Source of the DNA: Mycobacterium leprae TN
Lineage (GTDB): Bacteria > Actinomycetota > Actinomycetes > Mycobacteriales > Mycobacteriaceae
Assembly: GCF_000195855.1 (NCBI RefSeq)
Contig: NC_002677.1
Location: 960,001 to 992,000 of the forward strand
Length of the DNA stretch: 32,000 nt
Direction of reading: 5' to 3'
Below the pieces are notes generated by a model that was not told the DNA's origin, ran no database searches, and worked only from the letters and a program-made list of their open reading frames with translations. The translations under genes and the position numbers were made by a program. Positions 1 through 12,700 of the stretch are shown here, piece by piece. How positions within the stretch are numbered: position 1 is the stretch's first letter; each line of letters begins with the position of its first letter.

Positions 1-105
1 GGCGTCGCTGGTCCACCAGATCAGCGACACCATAGCCGCCATGACGACCGTGATCGTCATGGCGGCTATGGTGTCGGCCTTGGTCCGGCGTTCGGGTCTG
101 ACCAT
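1..105 (-). CDS. Window-truncated 5' end of an ORF downstream of rhlE; hypothetical membrane protein N-terminus
   Basis: ATG at 105-103 on the minus strand, 11 nt after the rhlE stop. It reads MVRPERRTKADTIAAMTITVVMAAMVSLIWWTSDA and runs off the window edge. No clear SD. The hydrophobic stretch is encoded by the 23-bp inverted repeat at 25-76, so the ORF could be an artefact of that repeat. Confidence 0.3.
   Translation of the reverse strand, partial: MVRPERRTKADTIAAMTITVVMAAMVSLIWWTSDA
25..76. repeat. Perfect inverted repeat with 23-bp arms (25-47 and 54-76) and a 6-nt spacer
   Basis: CGACACCATAGCCGCCATGACGA ccgtga TCGTCATGGCGGCTATGGTGTCG. All 23 pairs were checked base by base. The first mismatch is at 24/77. 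It lies 41 nt downstream of the rhlE stop codon on the minus strand. Confidence 0.95.
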
Positions 106-116
106 GTGTCAACAGC

Positions 117-1685
117 TCAATTGGCCTGTACAGCCAAGTTTTTGTCGAGACCGTTTTCGGCGACCTCGGTCGGCTTGCGGCGGTGTCGACGACGGCGGAC
201 GTTGGTGGATGGGGAGCCCGACGAGGAGTTCGGCAGCGTCTCCGCGACGACTTTGCCGTTGGTGGCCAGGCTGTCGGCGGACGGGTTATTGGTGGGATGT
301 CCGGTGACGGGTTGGCCACCGCGGATGCGGTGTCGCTGTACGCTATTGCTCGTTCGCGCCGCCTTAGCGGCTTGCGCTGACGTTCCTGACTTATCCCCGT
401 CACGGTCGGTCTTGCGGCGTTTGACTTGCGCCTTGCGCGGCGTGCCGACGGTTCCGCTGGCCTCGGCGGGAATGGCCAACTCGGTGTACAGATGGGGCGA
501 ATTGGAGTATGTCTCGGCCGGATCGGGGGTGCCCAAGCCCAGTGCCTTGTCGATCGTCTCCCAGCGGTGCAACTCATCCCAGTCTACTAGGGTGACCGCG
601 ACCCCGGTGCGGCCGGCACGGCCCGTGCGTCCGATGCGGTGGACGTACATCTTTTCGTCTTCAGGGCACTGGTAGTTGATTACGTGGGTAACGTCGTCGA
701 TGTCAATGCCGCGGGCGGCCACATCGGTGGCGACTAGCACGTCGACATTGCCGGTCCGAAAAGCCTCGAGGGCATTCTCTCGTGCTATCTGTCCGAGGTC
801 GCCATGCACGGCGCCTACCGCGAAACCGCGTTCGTTGAGCTCGTTGGTGACTTTTTGCGCGGTGCGTTTGGTGCGGGTGAAGATCATTGTCGCGCCCCGT
901 CCACGCGCCTGCAGGATTCGGCTGATCAATTCCACCTTGTCCAATGCGTGGGCGCGGTAGACGAATTGCTGGGTGGTGTCGTGCACTGCCAAGGAGTGCG
1001 GTGCCTCGGCCCGGATATGGATGGGTTGGTCCATGAATGTGCGTGCCAGCGTGATGATCGGGTCCGGCATGGTCGCCGAGAAAAGCATCGATTGCCGATC
1101 GGTGGGGATTTGTCCTAAGAGGCGCTCGATATCGGGAAAGAAGCCCAGATCGAGCATCTCGTCGGCCTCGTCGAGTACCAGCACCGACAACCCGCTCAGC
1201 TGCAGGTGGCCCTGCTGGCACAGGTCGAGCAGCCGCCCTGGAGTGCTTACCACGACGTCGGCGCCTGTCTGTAGTGCTTCGATCTGCGGCTCATAAGCCC
1301 GCCCGCCATAAATGGACACCACCGAGAACCGCCGGTTGTCGTCGTCAGCGGTCAGGTATTTTGCCACGGTGGCCAGGTCATCGGCGACTTGTAGACAAAG
1401 CTCCCGAGTCGGTACAACGACCAGCCCTCGGGGTGCGCCGGACAGCGGCCTTGCTGTGGTAGTGACGCTGATGCGCTGTAGTAACGGCACGCCGAAGGCG
1501 AAAGTCTTGCCCATCCCGGTACGGGCCTGGCCGATCACGTCGTCGCCGGCGAGTGCAAGTGGCAAGGTGAGTTCTTGTATAGCAAAAGGTTGCTGAATGC
1601 CTCGTTCGGCTAATGCACGGACTATTTCGTCACGGACTCCAAGTTTTGCGAAGGCCGGTTCAGCTGTACTGGTTGGTGCAGTCAT
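117..1685 (-). CDS. rhlE: DEAD-box ATP-dependent RNA helicase (RhlE-like)
   Basis: The ORF is open to 1751, but the best start is ATG at 1685 (MTAPTSTAEP...), giving 522 aa. Motifs seen: Q-motif GIQQPFAIQ, motif I ARTGMGKT, motif II VLDEADEMLD, motif III FSAT, motif VI HRIGRTGRAG. It has a long basic, Ser-rich C-terminal tail. Confidence 0.93.
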   Translation of the reverse strand: MTAPTSTAEPAFAKLGVRDEIVRALAERGIQQPFAIQELTLPLALAGDDVIGQARTGMGKTFAFGVPLLQRISVTTTARPLSGAPRGLVVVPTRELCLQVADDLATVAKYLTADDDNRRFSVVSIYGGRAYEPQIEALQTGADVVVSTPGRLLDLCQQGHLQLSGLSVLVLDEADEMLDLGFFPDIERLLGQIPTDRQSMLFSATMPDPIITLARTFMDQPIHIRAEAPHSLAVHDTTQQFVYRAHALDKVELISRILQARGRGATMIFTRTKRTAQKVTNELNERGFAVGAVHGDLGQIARENALEAFRTGNVDVLVATDVAARGIDIDDVTHVINYQCPEDEKMYVHRIGRTGRAGRTGVAVTLVDWDELHRWETIDKALGLGTPDPAETYSNSPHLYTELAIPAEASGTVGTPRKAQVKRRKTDRDGDKSGTSAQAAKAARTSNSVQRHRIRGGQPVTGHPTNNPSADSLATNGKVVAETLPNSSSGSPSTNVRRRRHRRKPTEVAENGLDKNLAVQAN

Positions 1686-1872
1686 ATGTGGGTGAAAAGC
1701 CTTTCGGTGACTGAATCGGTTTTGTGTCGGTGTTTTGCTGTCGCGGTTCACGGGCGCATTTGCTCCGACTCCGAATAGGTCGCCGAGTTGGCGGCTCCAC
1801 GTTCAGTCTATATGGAACTTCAGTCCGGGTAGGACAGCTGTGCACGCACATTTCGCCGGCAGCAGCACAAAA

Positions 1873-2367
1873 ATGCTACTATGTAGACTACATGAGCATG
1901 ATAGCCGGTCACCCAGCGGATGCCATTTTTCTAAACTAGCCGACCAGAGTGTTGCTATACACCCGCCTTCATCCGCGGGCCAATTGGCTGATTCGCCGGC
2001 GTTACGGTTGCCGGCGGATCGTTCGGTCGTCAAAGAATTGTTCGCGTTGTTGGCTTATGGGTTTATAGTGGCCGCGTTTTACGTTTTTACCGGCGAGGCT
2101 CGGATGGCTCTGGGCTTGCTGGTACGGATCTCGATGGCGAGCATTGCCGCCGTCGAAATGGGGCATTATGCGTTGCTGCGTGATGCCCTGGAGCTCCGAG
2201 GTGTTGACCGTAGTGTCGGCGATGTCGAAGTACGTGTCGGCGCTGGAAATTACCATTGGCTGACCACGCCGGGCACGTGGCTGGAAGCCTTGGTGAAAGC
2301 CAATGTCGATGATTCCTTAGCCTCCGACTTACTATTTGGTAGATCGCTTGGTGGGTTGCCTGGATGA
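1873..2367 (+). CDS. Hypothetical protein, possibly the truncated front of a longer decayed gene
   Basis: Frame-1 ORF divergent from rhlE, with an in-frame ATG at 1873. One hydrophobic segment (LFALLAYGFIVAAFYVF). No motif recognised. The same frame has stops at 2365 and 2374 and then stays open from 2377 to 2589, so it may be a pseudogene of about 238 codons. Confidence 0.3.
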   Translation: MLLCRLHEHDSRSPSGCHFSKLADQSVAIHPPSSAGQLADSPALRLPADRSVVKELFALLAYGFIVAAFYVFTGEARMALGLLVRISMASIAAVEMGHYALLRDALELRGVDRSVGDVEVRVGAGNYHWLTTPGTWLEALVKANVDDSLASDLLFGRSLGGLPG

Positions 2368-2706
2368 AGTCGCTGACTTGGTGCGTTTGGTCCTGTTGGA
2401 AACCACGCACTACGCAGTTTCTCGTGGCCAAGGTGCGCACCTGAGGTGACTGCCAGCAGCAAACAGCGCAGCCGGCTGGCATTGTGGGGGCGTCGACTGT
2501 TCGGCGAAACGGTTACCCAGGCGCAGTACCCGCTGGCCGACGGCGATCAGTTCGTTGGCTTGGTGGTGTCCGGTGGCGGTGGTCCGAGCTAGCTCGGCTC
2601 GTTTTTCGATCGTTTGCAGCGGATACTTGACCGCCGAGTGTACGAACTCGGGGGTGTCCCTTCGCTAGGGCTTCTTCCCGATTGCTCGTGGAGCAAGCTG
2701 GCGAGC

Positions 2707-3294
2707 CTAACGGGTGCAGGTTGCGATGACCGCGTTGTTGGTTGACGCCACGACTGGTTGCCCCTCGGCGTTGACGATTGAGCAGTGGAGTTGACTATGG
2801 AAGCTGGTGGCAACGACCGACTGGGTTTTGACGCCCAGGTTAAGGACTACAGCCTTTGTCCATGGCAGCACCACGTTGAACTCGGTTTTGGGGTAGCCAC
2901 GGGCGTCGGTGTAGACGACAGTTACCAGGTCGAGGAGCTCCTTCATGCCGGTCACGTTGTAAACGACGGTGCGTGGATGTAGCGCTGGTGGCGCAGCTTT
3001 GTGCGGTATCGTGGCGGTTGCTGTGTCTGGGAGTAATAGTAATGGGGGCGTGCTGGACGGGGTCGCCGGTAAAGGGATCGACGGCGTGGTGAGCACCGGG
3101 CGGGGCGTTGGTGCTCCCACTATCGCCTTGGTCGTTGCGTTGTCTCCACTGTTGATGATGACGGCGGTCGCAATGGCGCAGAGTGCCGCCACGCTGCCGA
3201 GGAGTGCGGCGACTTGGCGGCCATCTACGATTGGATGGCCAGAGTAGCTCGTCGTAGTTGTCCGGCGGATAGAGGTTGTCTCCGTTAGTCGCAT
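2707..3294 (-). CDS. Thr/Pro-rich membrane protein with MmpS-like C-terminal domain
   Basis: 195 aa. N-terminal TM helix (VAALLGSVAALCAIATAVII) followed by a Pro/Thr-rich linker. The C-terminus has the MmpS-type pattern VVYNVTG...VTVVYTDARG...LPWTKAV...LHCSIVNAEGQPV...ATC. Position and orientation fit the Rv3209 slot as I recall it. Confidence 0.7.
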   Translation of the reverse strand: MRLTETTSIRRTTTTSYSGHPIVDGRQVAALLGSVAALCAIATAVIINSGDNATTKAIVGAPTPRPVLTTPSIPLPATPSSTPPLLLLPDTATATIPHKAAPPALHPRTVVYNVTGMKELLDLVTVVYTDARGYPKTEFNVVLPWTKAVVLNLGVKTQSVVATSFHSQLHCSIVNAEGQPVVASTNNAVIATCTR

Positions 3295-3592
3295 AGCTCT
3301 CGTCGGGATAGTCCCTGAACGCTGCTGTTAAGGCGGTTCATTGTGTTATCGATGGTTCCTATGTTACCGATGTGAATAACCGGTATCTGGCGTCGCGCAG
3401 CGTGTTAGCTTAGCTGGGAGCTAATCGTTATCTGCGGCTAGCTGTCCGTCGAGGCTTGCCGCCAAACGTCGCCGGGGGAGATCCGGTGGGCTCATTTGTA
3501 TTTGTATCCGGACGCGTTGATTCGTCCACTAGCCTGGCTGCTGACACGTTTGCATGGAATCGCAGAGACATACCCACGGAAGGGGCCAATAA

Positions 3593-5726
<2,134 letters not shown>

Positions 5727-5929
5727 CCCCGGTGACTGTACCCGCCGTGGTGTTGGCTGAGCTTCTCGTGGACAGGCTCCAGACCTAGCTCACAATGAAG
5801 CAACGCTGGCGGTCCTGGTGTTATTACACATTGAGCGTCGTTGCCGTTGATGCAGACACCTGCTGTGATGTGTTGTAGACGACATGCCTCAGAAGTTGAA
5901 CTGCGACGCTACCCTAGGAGAGATATTCG

Positions 5930-7117
5930 ATGTCGACATCCTCGACATCACTGCCGCCGCTAGTTGAGCCTGCGGGCCAGCTGAGCCGCGATGAGGTGAT
6001 TCGATACAGCCGCCATTTGATCATTCCGGACATAGGCGTCGATGGGCAGATGCGGCTCAAGAGCGCGCGGGTATTGGTCATCGGTGCGGGCGGGCTGGGC
6101 GCGCCGGTATTGCTGTATCTGGCCGCGGCCGGCGTCGGTACGATCGGCATCATCGATTTCGACGTCGTCGACGAGTCGAACCTGCAACGCCAGATTATTC
6201 ATGGCGTAGCCGATGTTGGACGGTCCAAGGCCCAGTCAGCGCGCGACTCGATTGTCGCAATCAACCCGCTCGTCCAGGTGCGATTGCACGAGTTCAGGCT
6301 GGAGTCGAGTAATGTGGTTAACCTGTTCAAGCAGTACGATCTGATCGTCGATGGCACCGACAACTTCGCGACTCGGTATTTGATCAACGACGCCGCGGTG
6401 CTGGCTAAAAAGCCGTATGTGTGGGGGTCGCTCTACCGCTTCGAAGGCCAGGTCTCAGTGTTTTGGGAGGATGCCCCCGACGGGCTGGGCCTGAACTACC
6501 GCGATCTGTACCTGGAGCCACCGCCCCCTGGCATGGTGCCATCCTGCGCAGAAGGCGGCGTGCTGGGCATCGTCTGTGCCTCTATCGCGTCGGTGATGGG
6601 CACCGAGGCGATCAAACTGATCACCGGGATTGGTGCGCCGCTGCTCGGCCGGTTGATGATCTACAACGCGTTGGAGATGAGCTACCGTAGGATCAGGATC
6701 CACAAGGACCCGTCCAGACCGAAAATCACGGAGCTTACAGATTATCAGCAATTTTGCGGTGTGGTGTCTGACGATGCGGCCCAGGTGGCTACCGGCTCCA
6801 TCGTTACGCCGCGGGAATTGCGCGAGTTGCTGGATTCCGGCAAGAAGCTGGCCTTGATAGATGTTCGTGAACCCGTCGAGTGGGACATCGTGCACATCGA
6901 CGGCGCTCAGCTGATCCCGCGATCGTTGATCAACTCGGGTGAGGGTCTGGCAAAGCTGCCTCAGGACCGCATGTCGGTGCTGTATTGCAAGACGGGCGTG
7001 CGCTCGGCCGAGACGTTGGCCACTGTGAAAAAGGCTGGTTTCTCCGACGCGGTGCACTTGCAGGGTGGAATTGTGGCATGGGCCAAGCAGGTGCAACCCG
7101 ACATGGTGATCTACTAG
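5930..7117 (+). CDS. moeZ: MoeB/ThiF-type adenylyltransferase fused to a rhodanese domain (MoeZ)
   Basis: 395 aa. AGGAG sits 9 nt upstream of the ATG at 5930. RYSRHLIIPDIG plus nucleotide loop VLVIGAGGLGAPVLLYLAAAGVG. The C-terminal rhodanese domain has the active-site loop YCKTGVRS. Confidence 0.92.
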   Translation: MSTSSTSLPPLVEPAGQLSRDEVIRYSRHLIIPDIGVDGQMRLKSARVLVIGAGGLGAPVLLYLAAAGVGTIGIIDFDVVDESNLQRQIIHGVADVGRSKAQSARDSIVAINPLVQVRLHEFRLESSNVVNLFKQYDLIVDGTDNFATRYLINDAAVLAKKPYVWGSLYRFEGQVSVFWEDAPDGLGLNYRDLYLEPPPPGMVPSCAEGGVLGIVCASIASVMGTEAIKLITGIGAPLLGRLMIYNALEMSYRRIRIHKDPSRPKITELTDYQQFCGVVSDDAAQVATGSIVTPRELRELLDSGKKLALIDVREPVEWDIVHIDGAQLIPRSLINSGEGLAKLPQDRMSVLYCKTGVRSAETLATVKKAGFSDAVHLQGGIVAWAKQVQPDMVIY

Positions 7118-7171
7118 TACGAGATTCGATCTTGGGCTGGTGGTGACGCGCTGTGTTCGGTTTCGCCGCGC

Positions 7172-8065
7172 TTGCGGTCGCCACGGTCGGGCTCTACTAG
7201 GCTGACCCGGGTGACAGTTGAGCCGCCGCCCGAGCATGTGTTGTCGGCGTTCGGTTTGACTGGTGTGCAGCCCGTCCCATTGGGAGCCAGCTGGGAAGGT
7301 GGCTGGCGGTGTGGTGAAGTTGTGTTGTCGATGGTGGCCGACAACGCCCGCGCGGCCTGGTCGGCCCGGGTGCGGGAGACGTTGTTCGTCGACGGTATCC
7401 GCCTGGCCCGACCGGTCCGCTCGACCGACGGTCGGTACGTGGTTTCGTGCTGGCGGGCCAACACATTCGTTGCCGGGACACCGGAGGCTAGACACGATGA
7501 AGTCGTCTCGGCGGCGGTGCGACTGCATGAGGCCACCGGCAAACTCGAGCGTCCTCGATTTCTGACCCAAGGGCCCACGGCGCGTTGGGCGGACGTGGAT
7601 ATTTTCATTGCCGCCGACCGTGCCGCCTGGGAGGGCCGGCCGTTGCAGTCGGTACCCTCCGGGGTGTGGGCCGCACCCATGACGACTGACGGTCAAAGAT
7701 CGGTCGATCTGATCAACCAGCTGGCTGGTCTGCGCAAGCCGACCAGGAGCCCGAACCAGCTGGTGCATGGAGATCTTTACGGAACAATGCTTTTCGTAGG
7801 TACAGCGGCGCCGGGAATTACCGACATCACGCCCTACTGGCGGCCCGCATCGTGGGCTGCGGGTGTTGTTGTCGTGGACGCACTGTCCTGGGGTGAAGCC
7901 GACGATGGGCTTATCGAACGTTGGAACGCGCTGCCGGAATGGCCGCAGATGTTGTTGCGCGCATTGATGTTTCGCCTTGCCGTCCATGCATTGCATCCGC
8001 GGTCGACTGCCGAGGCGTTCCCAGGGTTGGCTCGAACCGCGGCGTTGGTCCGGCTAGTGCTCTAA
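7172..8065 (+). CDS. Conserved actinobacterial protein with kinase-like fold (Rv3205c-like)
   Basis: 297-codon ORF from TTG 7172, with an alternative GTG at 7211 (VTVEPPPEHVLSAFGL...). Contains an APH-like LVHGDLYGTMLF motif. No internal stops. The function assignment is inference only. Confidence 0.65.
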   Translation: MRSPRSGSTRLTRVTVEPPPEHVLSAFGLTGVQPVPLGASWEGGWRCGEVVLSMVADNARAAWSARVRETLFVDGIRLARPVRSTDGRYVVSCWRANTFVAGTPEARHDEVVSAAVRLHEATGKLERPRFLTQGPTARWADVDIFIAADRAAWEGRPLQSVPSGVWAAPMTTDGQRSVDLINQLAGLRKPTRSPNQLVHGDLYGTMLFVGTAAPGITDITPYWRPASWAAGVVVVDALSWGEADDGLIERWNALPEWPQMLLRALMFRLAVHALHPRSTAEAFPGLARTAALVRLVL

Positions 8066-8192
8066 GCCGCGGAGCGGCATTTGACATCGACGTTACTGCG
8101 AAGACATCCCGAAGTTCGCCTCGGTAAAGTTGATTTGGATGGCGTGCTCGGTTTGGAATTCGTAGCGAGTTTCGCGTAGCGCCACTTTGTTG

Positions 8193-8516
8193 TCAACAGC
8201 GAGAATCCTTTCGGAGGTGTAGCAGTACTAGTTGTCGGGTGGTTAAATGTCGCGCCGGATGCCTATACGCGGTTATCACCCGGTGCCAGGGCAGGTCGTA
8301 GGAGTCAGTCCGCATGATCTGGCCGGCGATCCGTGGACTGGAAAGTCCTGCGGCAGAGTCGATGTTGTCGTAGGTGGTGAAGCGTCTTGGCGGGATCGCT
8401 GCTATCAGTGAGCGGACCCGCTCGGATTGATCGTCGGTTACCGGAAGCACGGTCAGTGCGTTTCTAACTACTTGCGGGATCACCGTGGCGATTTTGGCTG
8501 TCCTGGCTGCGGCCAC
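8193..8516 (-). CDS. MGMT-family DNA-binding-domain protein lacking the catalytic Cys (alkyltransferase-like, ATL)
   Basis: 107 aa. VRSLIAAIPPRRFTTYDNIDSAAGLSSPRIAGQIMRT...LPWHRVITA matches the O6-alkylguanine transferase DNA-binding domain, but with PWHRV in place of PCHRV. The C-terminal 25 aa look atypical, so partial decay is possible. Confidence 0.5.
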   Translation of the reverse strand: MAAARTAKIATVIPQVVRNALTVLPVTDDQSERVRSLIAAIPPRRFTTYDNIDSAAGLSSPRIAGQIMRTDSYDLPWHRVITAYRHPARHLTTRQLVLLHLRKDSRC

Positions 8517-8530
8517 TATGTGACCGCAGT

Positions 8531-9260
8531 TTAAATCGAGCAGTGAGCAATCGGATCCCGATCTTTGTTGGAGCCTTGCGATGAGTTGGTCGCTGCCCTA
8601 GGGTTGCCAGGTTCAGCGTCGCTCGTGTCAGCTTGGTCATCGTTCCCGCAGGCGGGTAGCATGACGTTACGGGCCAACTCGCTCCAGTGTGACATGATCG
8701 CCGGTATGCTTAGGAGCCAGCCATATTGTCCGCTGGTCAGCTTGATTAGGTGTTTGTTGAGTTTGGCGTCGGGCAACGCGGGGTTAACCTTTGCCTAAGA
8801 GTCCATATTTCTCTATGCGCTTGTGTCATCTTCGGGTAGTCGGGGTGGTAAACATCGCCTCAGCGATCTTGCGCATCCACGCTCCGTCTAAGCCGATTGC
8901 CAGGTCGAGGGACAGTAGGGTGGCCACCTGATTCGGATAAGTCGCGGCCAGATGCAACGCTATAAGTGTAGTGTCGTTGAACGAATGGCCGACCAAACAG
9001 TATCGGGGCTCAGCCTCATCTTCGAGTAATGCGCTCAGCGCCGAAACGTTAGTTTTGATGGTCCACGGCGCAGCCCACGATCACCTGCCGTGATCTACCA
9101 GATCCGTTGCGGTAATCTCGGTTTTGGGCACGTATTCAGTCACATGTTGCCAGCGCTGCCCGTGGCCGTTCAGTCCATGGATAGCTAGCGTTCGTATTGG
9201 GTCGAGCGGACTGTAGCGGTGCACGTGAGGGTCAGTGGTTACCCGTCGACGGTGCCAGTT
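8531..9260 (-). pseudogene. Alpha/beta-hydrolase (lipase/esterase-like) pseudogene
   Basis: My minus-strand translation gives PIRTLAIHGLNGHGQRWQHV...DLVDHGR then a stop, then ...YCLVGHSFNDTTLIALHLAATYPNQVATLLSLD (nucleophile elbow GHSFG degraded to GHSFN). Further stops and a frame change follow before the ORF at 8531-8776. Confidence 0.6.
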
Positions 9261-9780
9261 GGGACAGCGGGTATTCTCGGCTGGGCGGGCGATCGGCGTG
9301 CTGTGTCGGCCGGACTACTCGGTGGGCATCCCATTTGTCGTCTGAAGCAGGGACAACAAAAGCTTGATCGGAGTTACATAGCTTGGTCGTCGAAAGCAAT
9401 GGCTAGGTGCTCTTATAACGCATCGGCTTCAATCATTTCGTTACCAGGGATGGCGCCTTTGATGTCCTTCACGATCGTAACCTTTCCTTAATTAGCTTAA
9501 TCTAAGGACAGCCAGGAATTGGCCTTCGGGAGACCAGCAGTTTGGCGTTGTCGGACAGCAACACTGTGTTGTCGTTTTGCAGCTGCGTGTTTCGGCTTTC
9601 CAGGTACGAGTATCCGACCAATACCAGCCAAGTTGCTAGTTTTGCCGTTGGCCCACTCCCTAGCGCGGGTAGTGAATAGAGTTGGGGGCTACGCTGGGGC
9701 AATGTCGCAGCTATTTGGCGGATGCGAGCGATGCGATACAGCGCATACCTTTGTCAGATCAGCATGATTGCGTGCGGACT

Positions 9781-12700
9781 ATGTCAACACTATACACCTG
9801 GGATGTTGAGGCGCGCGCTGTTCTAGTTCTGGGTGCACGTTGCCTGATCCTGGGCGACCCGGGTACCGGCAAGAGCAGCTTGCTGGTTGACGCTGCGGTT
9901 ATGTCACATTTGGTATCGGTGTTGAACCGGAATCGGTTCTGCTGCTTATTGGTTCTGGCCGGATCGGTATACCGGCGTGCAGCGCGCTGACGACGTCGTT
10001 GCTGCGTTCGCGCACAACTGGACTTTGTCGGGTGGCTGTCCGCGAACCGTTGGTGCGCACTGTGCATGTTACGTCTACGCGGTCTTGCGGCGGGTCGGCG
10101 ATGTGCCGTCGTGCCTAGTAATCAGCGCCGAGCAAGACGCCATCATCCGCGAGCTGCTGGCCGGTGACCTAGCAGACGTAATGCACTCCGCGACGGCATG
10201 GTTGTCCTATCTACGACCCGCTGTAAGCACCGCGGATTTCGCCAGAGAGCTGCGAAACTTCTTGGCGCGCTGCAGCCCAACGCGATGTAGAAGCGCTGGA
10301 GTTGGAGCGACTGGTCCGGCCTTTGTGCTGGCGTCCAGAATGGACCGCTGTCGGCCAATTCGCAAGGTAATATGAGCAAGTCGATGCTGCTGCGACCTGC
10401 GGTCGGAGTGGCAGCACCGCATTCGACGACTCTGGCGCTGGGCGCCGGTTGAACTTGGGGGTGCTGCGTTAGCGGCTTTCACGGTCGATGCTGCGTTGTT
10501 AGCAGCCGAACGTACACCGGATTCGGCTCTTGCTGATCGATGATGCTCAGCAACTTAACCTGCAGGCTGCTCGCCTGGTTCTGGTGCTGGCGGCCAGGAC
10601 GGAGCGGGTACTGATTGCCTGCGACCCCAACCAGGCAGTGTTCAGTTTTCGGAGCGGCGAGCCGGCCAGATTGCTGTCCGATAATCTCCTGCAACCGGGT
10701 GCTGCTTCCCGGTCGGTGACGTTGACCGGGTCGCACCGCTGTGCACCGGCGGCGGTGCGCGCCGTCAACAGCATCGTGTGTCGGCTACCGGGTGGCGTCG
10801 GTGTCAGGCAGATCGATGGCCCTGGGGTCGAGAATGGATCGGTCACGGTATGACTGGCAGCCTCGATTCACGCGGAAACGTAGATAATCGTTGATACGCT
10901 GCGGCGTGCGTATCTAATCGACAGGATGCCGTGGTCGGCCAGATGGCGGTCGTCGTCCGGTCGATGCCGCGAGCCGCCCCGCGGTTTGGCTGCCGCCGGG
11001 GTTTCGGTCACGGTACCTGCTATCAGTGGGCCGTTGTCGGCGGAGCCTGCGGCATGCAGCGTTGCTCACAGTGTTGGCGGCGACGACTGTAGGGCTTGAT
11101 GGCGAACAGGCGTTGTTACTACTGACCGGGCCAATTGGTCGTGTCGACCCAGTCTCGCTCCGGCAACTGCACCGACCGCTGCAGCGCAGGGAACTCTGAT
11201 CGTCGATTGGCGAATTTCGAGATAGCCTCCTGGTGGAGGTGCTGGCCGATTGGGTACCGGTATCGGGGGGTGGTCAGGGCTGGTGCAATGGTGCGTGTCG
11301 TCCTGGATGCGGCCGCAGGCTGTCCTAGGGACGGCGAAGATTCGCGCTACATATTGTGGGCGGCGTGGCATCGGTCTGGTCTGCCACATTGCCTGCTGGC
11401 GGCCAGCGAGCGCGGCGGCCCAGCCGGGGCCCAGGGACCTTGAGACGGTTACCGTGTAATGCGACATTATTGATCATTACGTGTGCCACACGTCAGGTGC
11501 GTCGTTGCGCGAGCTTGCGGAAGATGAAGATGTTGCTGCGCTGCAGTTGCCAACCTGCAGGTGCAAGCCAGTGACGACGGCACAGGTTAGGGTGCTCAGT
11601 ACGCACGCGGCACTGTGACATGAATGGGATTTTATAGTCACGCAGGCATACAGGACGGGTTGTGGCCCAACACGGTTTCGTGTGGTGGTGTGCTGGACAC
11701 TTAATGACTGCTCGACGGTGTCACCGAGGATGTCTCCGTGCGGGCGCTACTCCTGATCGAAGAGCTGCGGCTCTTGGTAGCGGCGATGGGCTACCGCCGG
11801 TTGCTAGTGACTGTCATAGACAGTGGCACCGACGGGCCGGGTCTGGAAGCAGCGTTGCCATCGGCGTTCTTTCTCGAGATCGTTAAATGGGCCGCTGGTG
11901 ACAGTGATCACGAAGTGGCGTAGCTTGTTTCGTACCCATGAGTGCTATGACCAGCGGCGCTGGTGGGCCGATTACACGGCATTTTCTGTGCGCTCGACGG
12001 TATGTTGGACGACGTAGCTCGAGCGTATGCAGCAACTCAATTGGTGCGGTTGGCTAACGCTGGTGTGTCGGGTGCTGACCCAGTCGGATGGCATGATTCC
12101 CGGTCAGCAGTAGTGATCGGTTCCGTGGTGACAACGATCTTGTCATGTTGACGCCGTCAACTCTGCAGACACTCAACGAGTGTTAGCCGCGTTGGCTAGT
12201 CGAATGGCACGGCGGAATCAATGCGCGAGATCTGCTGTCGGCCATCAGCCCGGTGCTGTATGCATTGATCGCTGAACCGGGCAAAAGGGAATCGCAACTG
12301 CTGGCCGAGCTGGACCGGGCCTGGCAGCACCTGCCCTTCGACGCCCGGTGGCATTCGCTCAACGAACTTGCCCGGTATCGCGCAGTGATATAGACGTTTG
12401 TCGAATGGCGTGCCCATATTCGATAAGAACTGACTGATGTCGGCATCGATAGAACGCTTGGTGAGCTGGGCGAGTCTTAGGATCAAGCCGGCGATGTTTG
12501 GCTGCGCGGTCGGGCCGATTGGCTGGAACGCGACGTAGCTGGCCGGCTGGTGATCGCCGATATCAAAATCAGCAAAACGTCGGTAAGTAAGGACGATATG
12601 CAACAACACGCGCAGCTAGCGACGTATAAATTGGCGGTGGCCGAAAGCATGTTTCCAGCTGACCCGTCAGCATGGGGCCCGGCGGTGCTCGCATAGTTTA

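Noticed and set aside
1881-1893. 13-bp palindrome ATGTAGACTACAT in the AT-rich region upstream of rhlE
   Set aside because: It has 6-bp arms only, at chance level. Other 6-8 bp-arm repeats seen throughout were discarded for the same reason (for example 11479-11493, 12147-12161, 15419-15437).
6455-7996. 513-codon minus-strand ORF, one of the longest in the track
   Set aside because: It lies entirely antisense to moeZ and the kinase-fold gene. Its Arg/Gly/Pro/His-rich, low-complexity composition is typical of shadow ORFs in GC-rich DNA. No motif was recognised.
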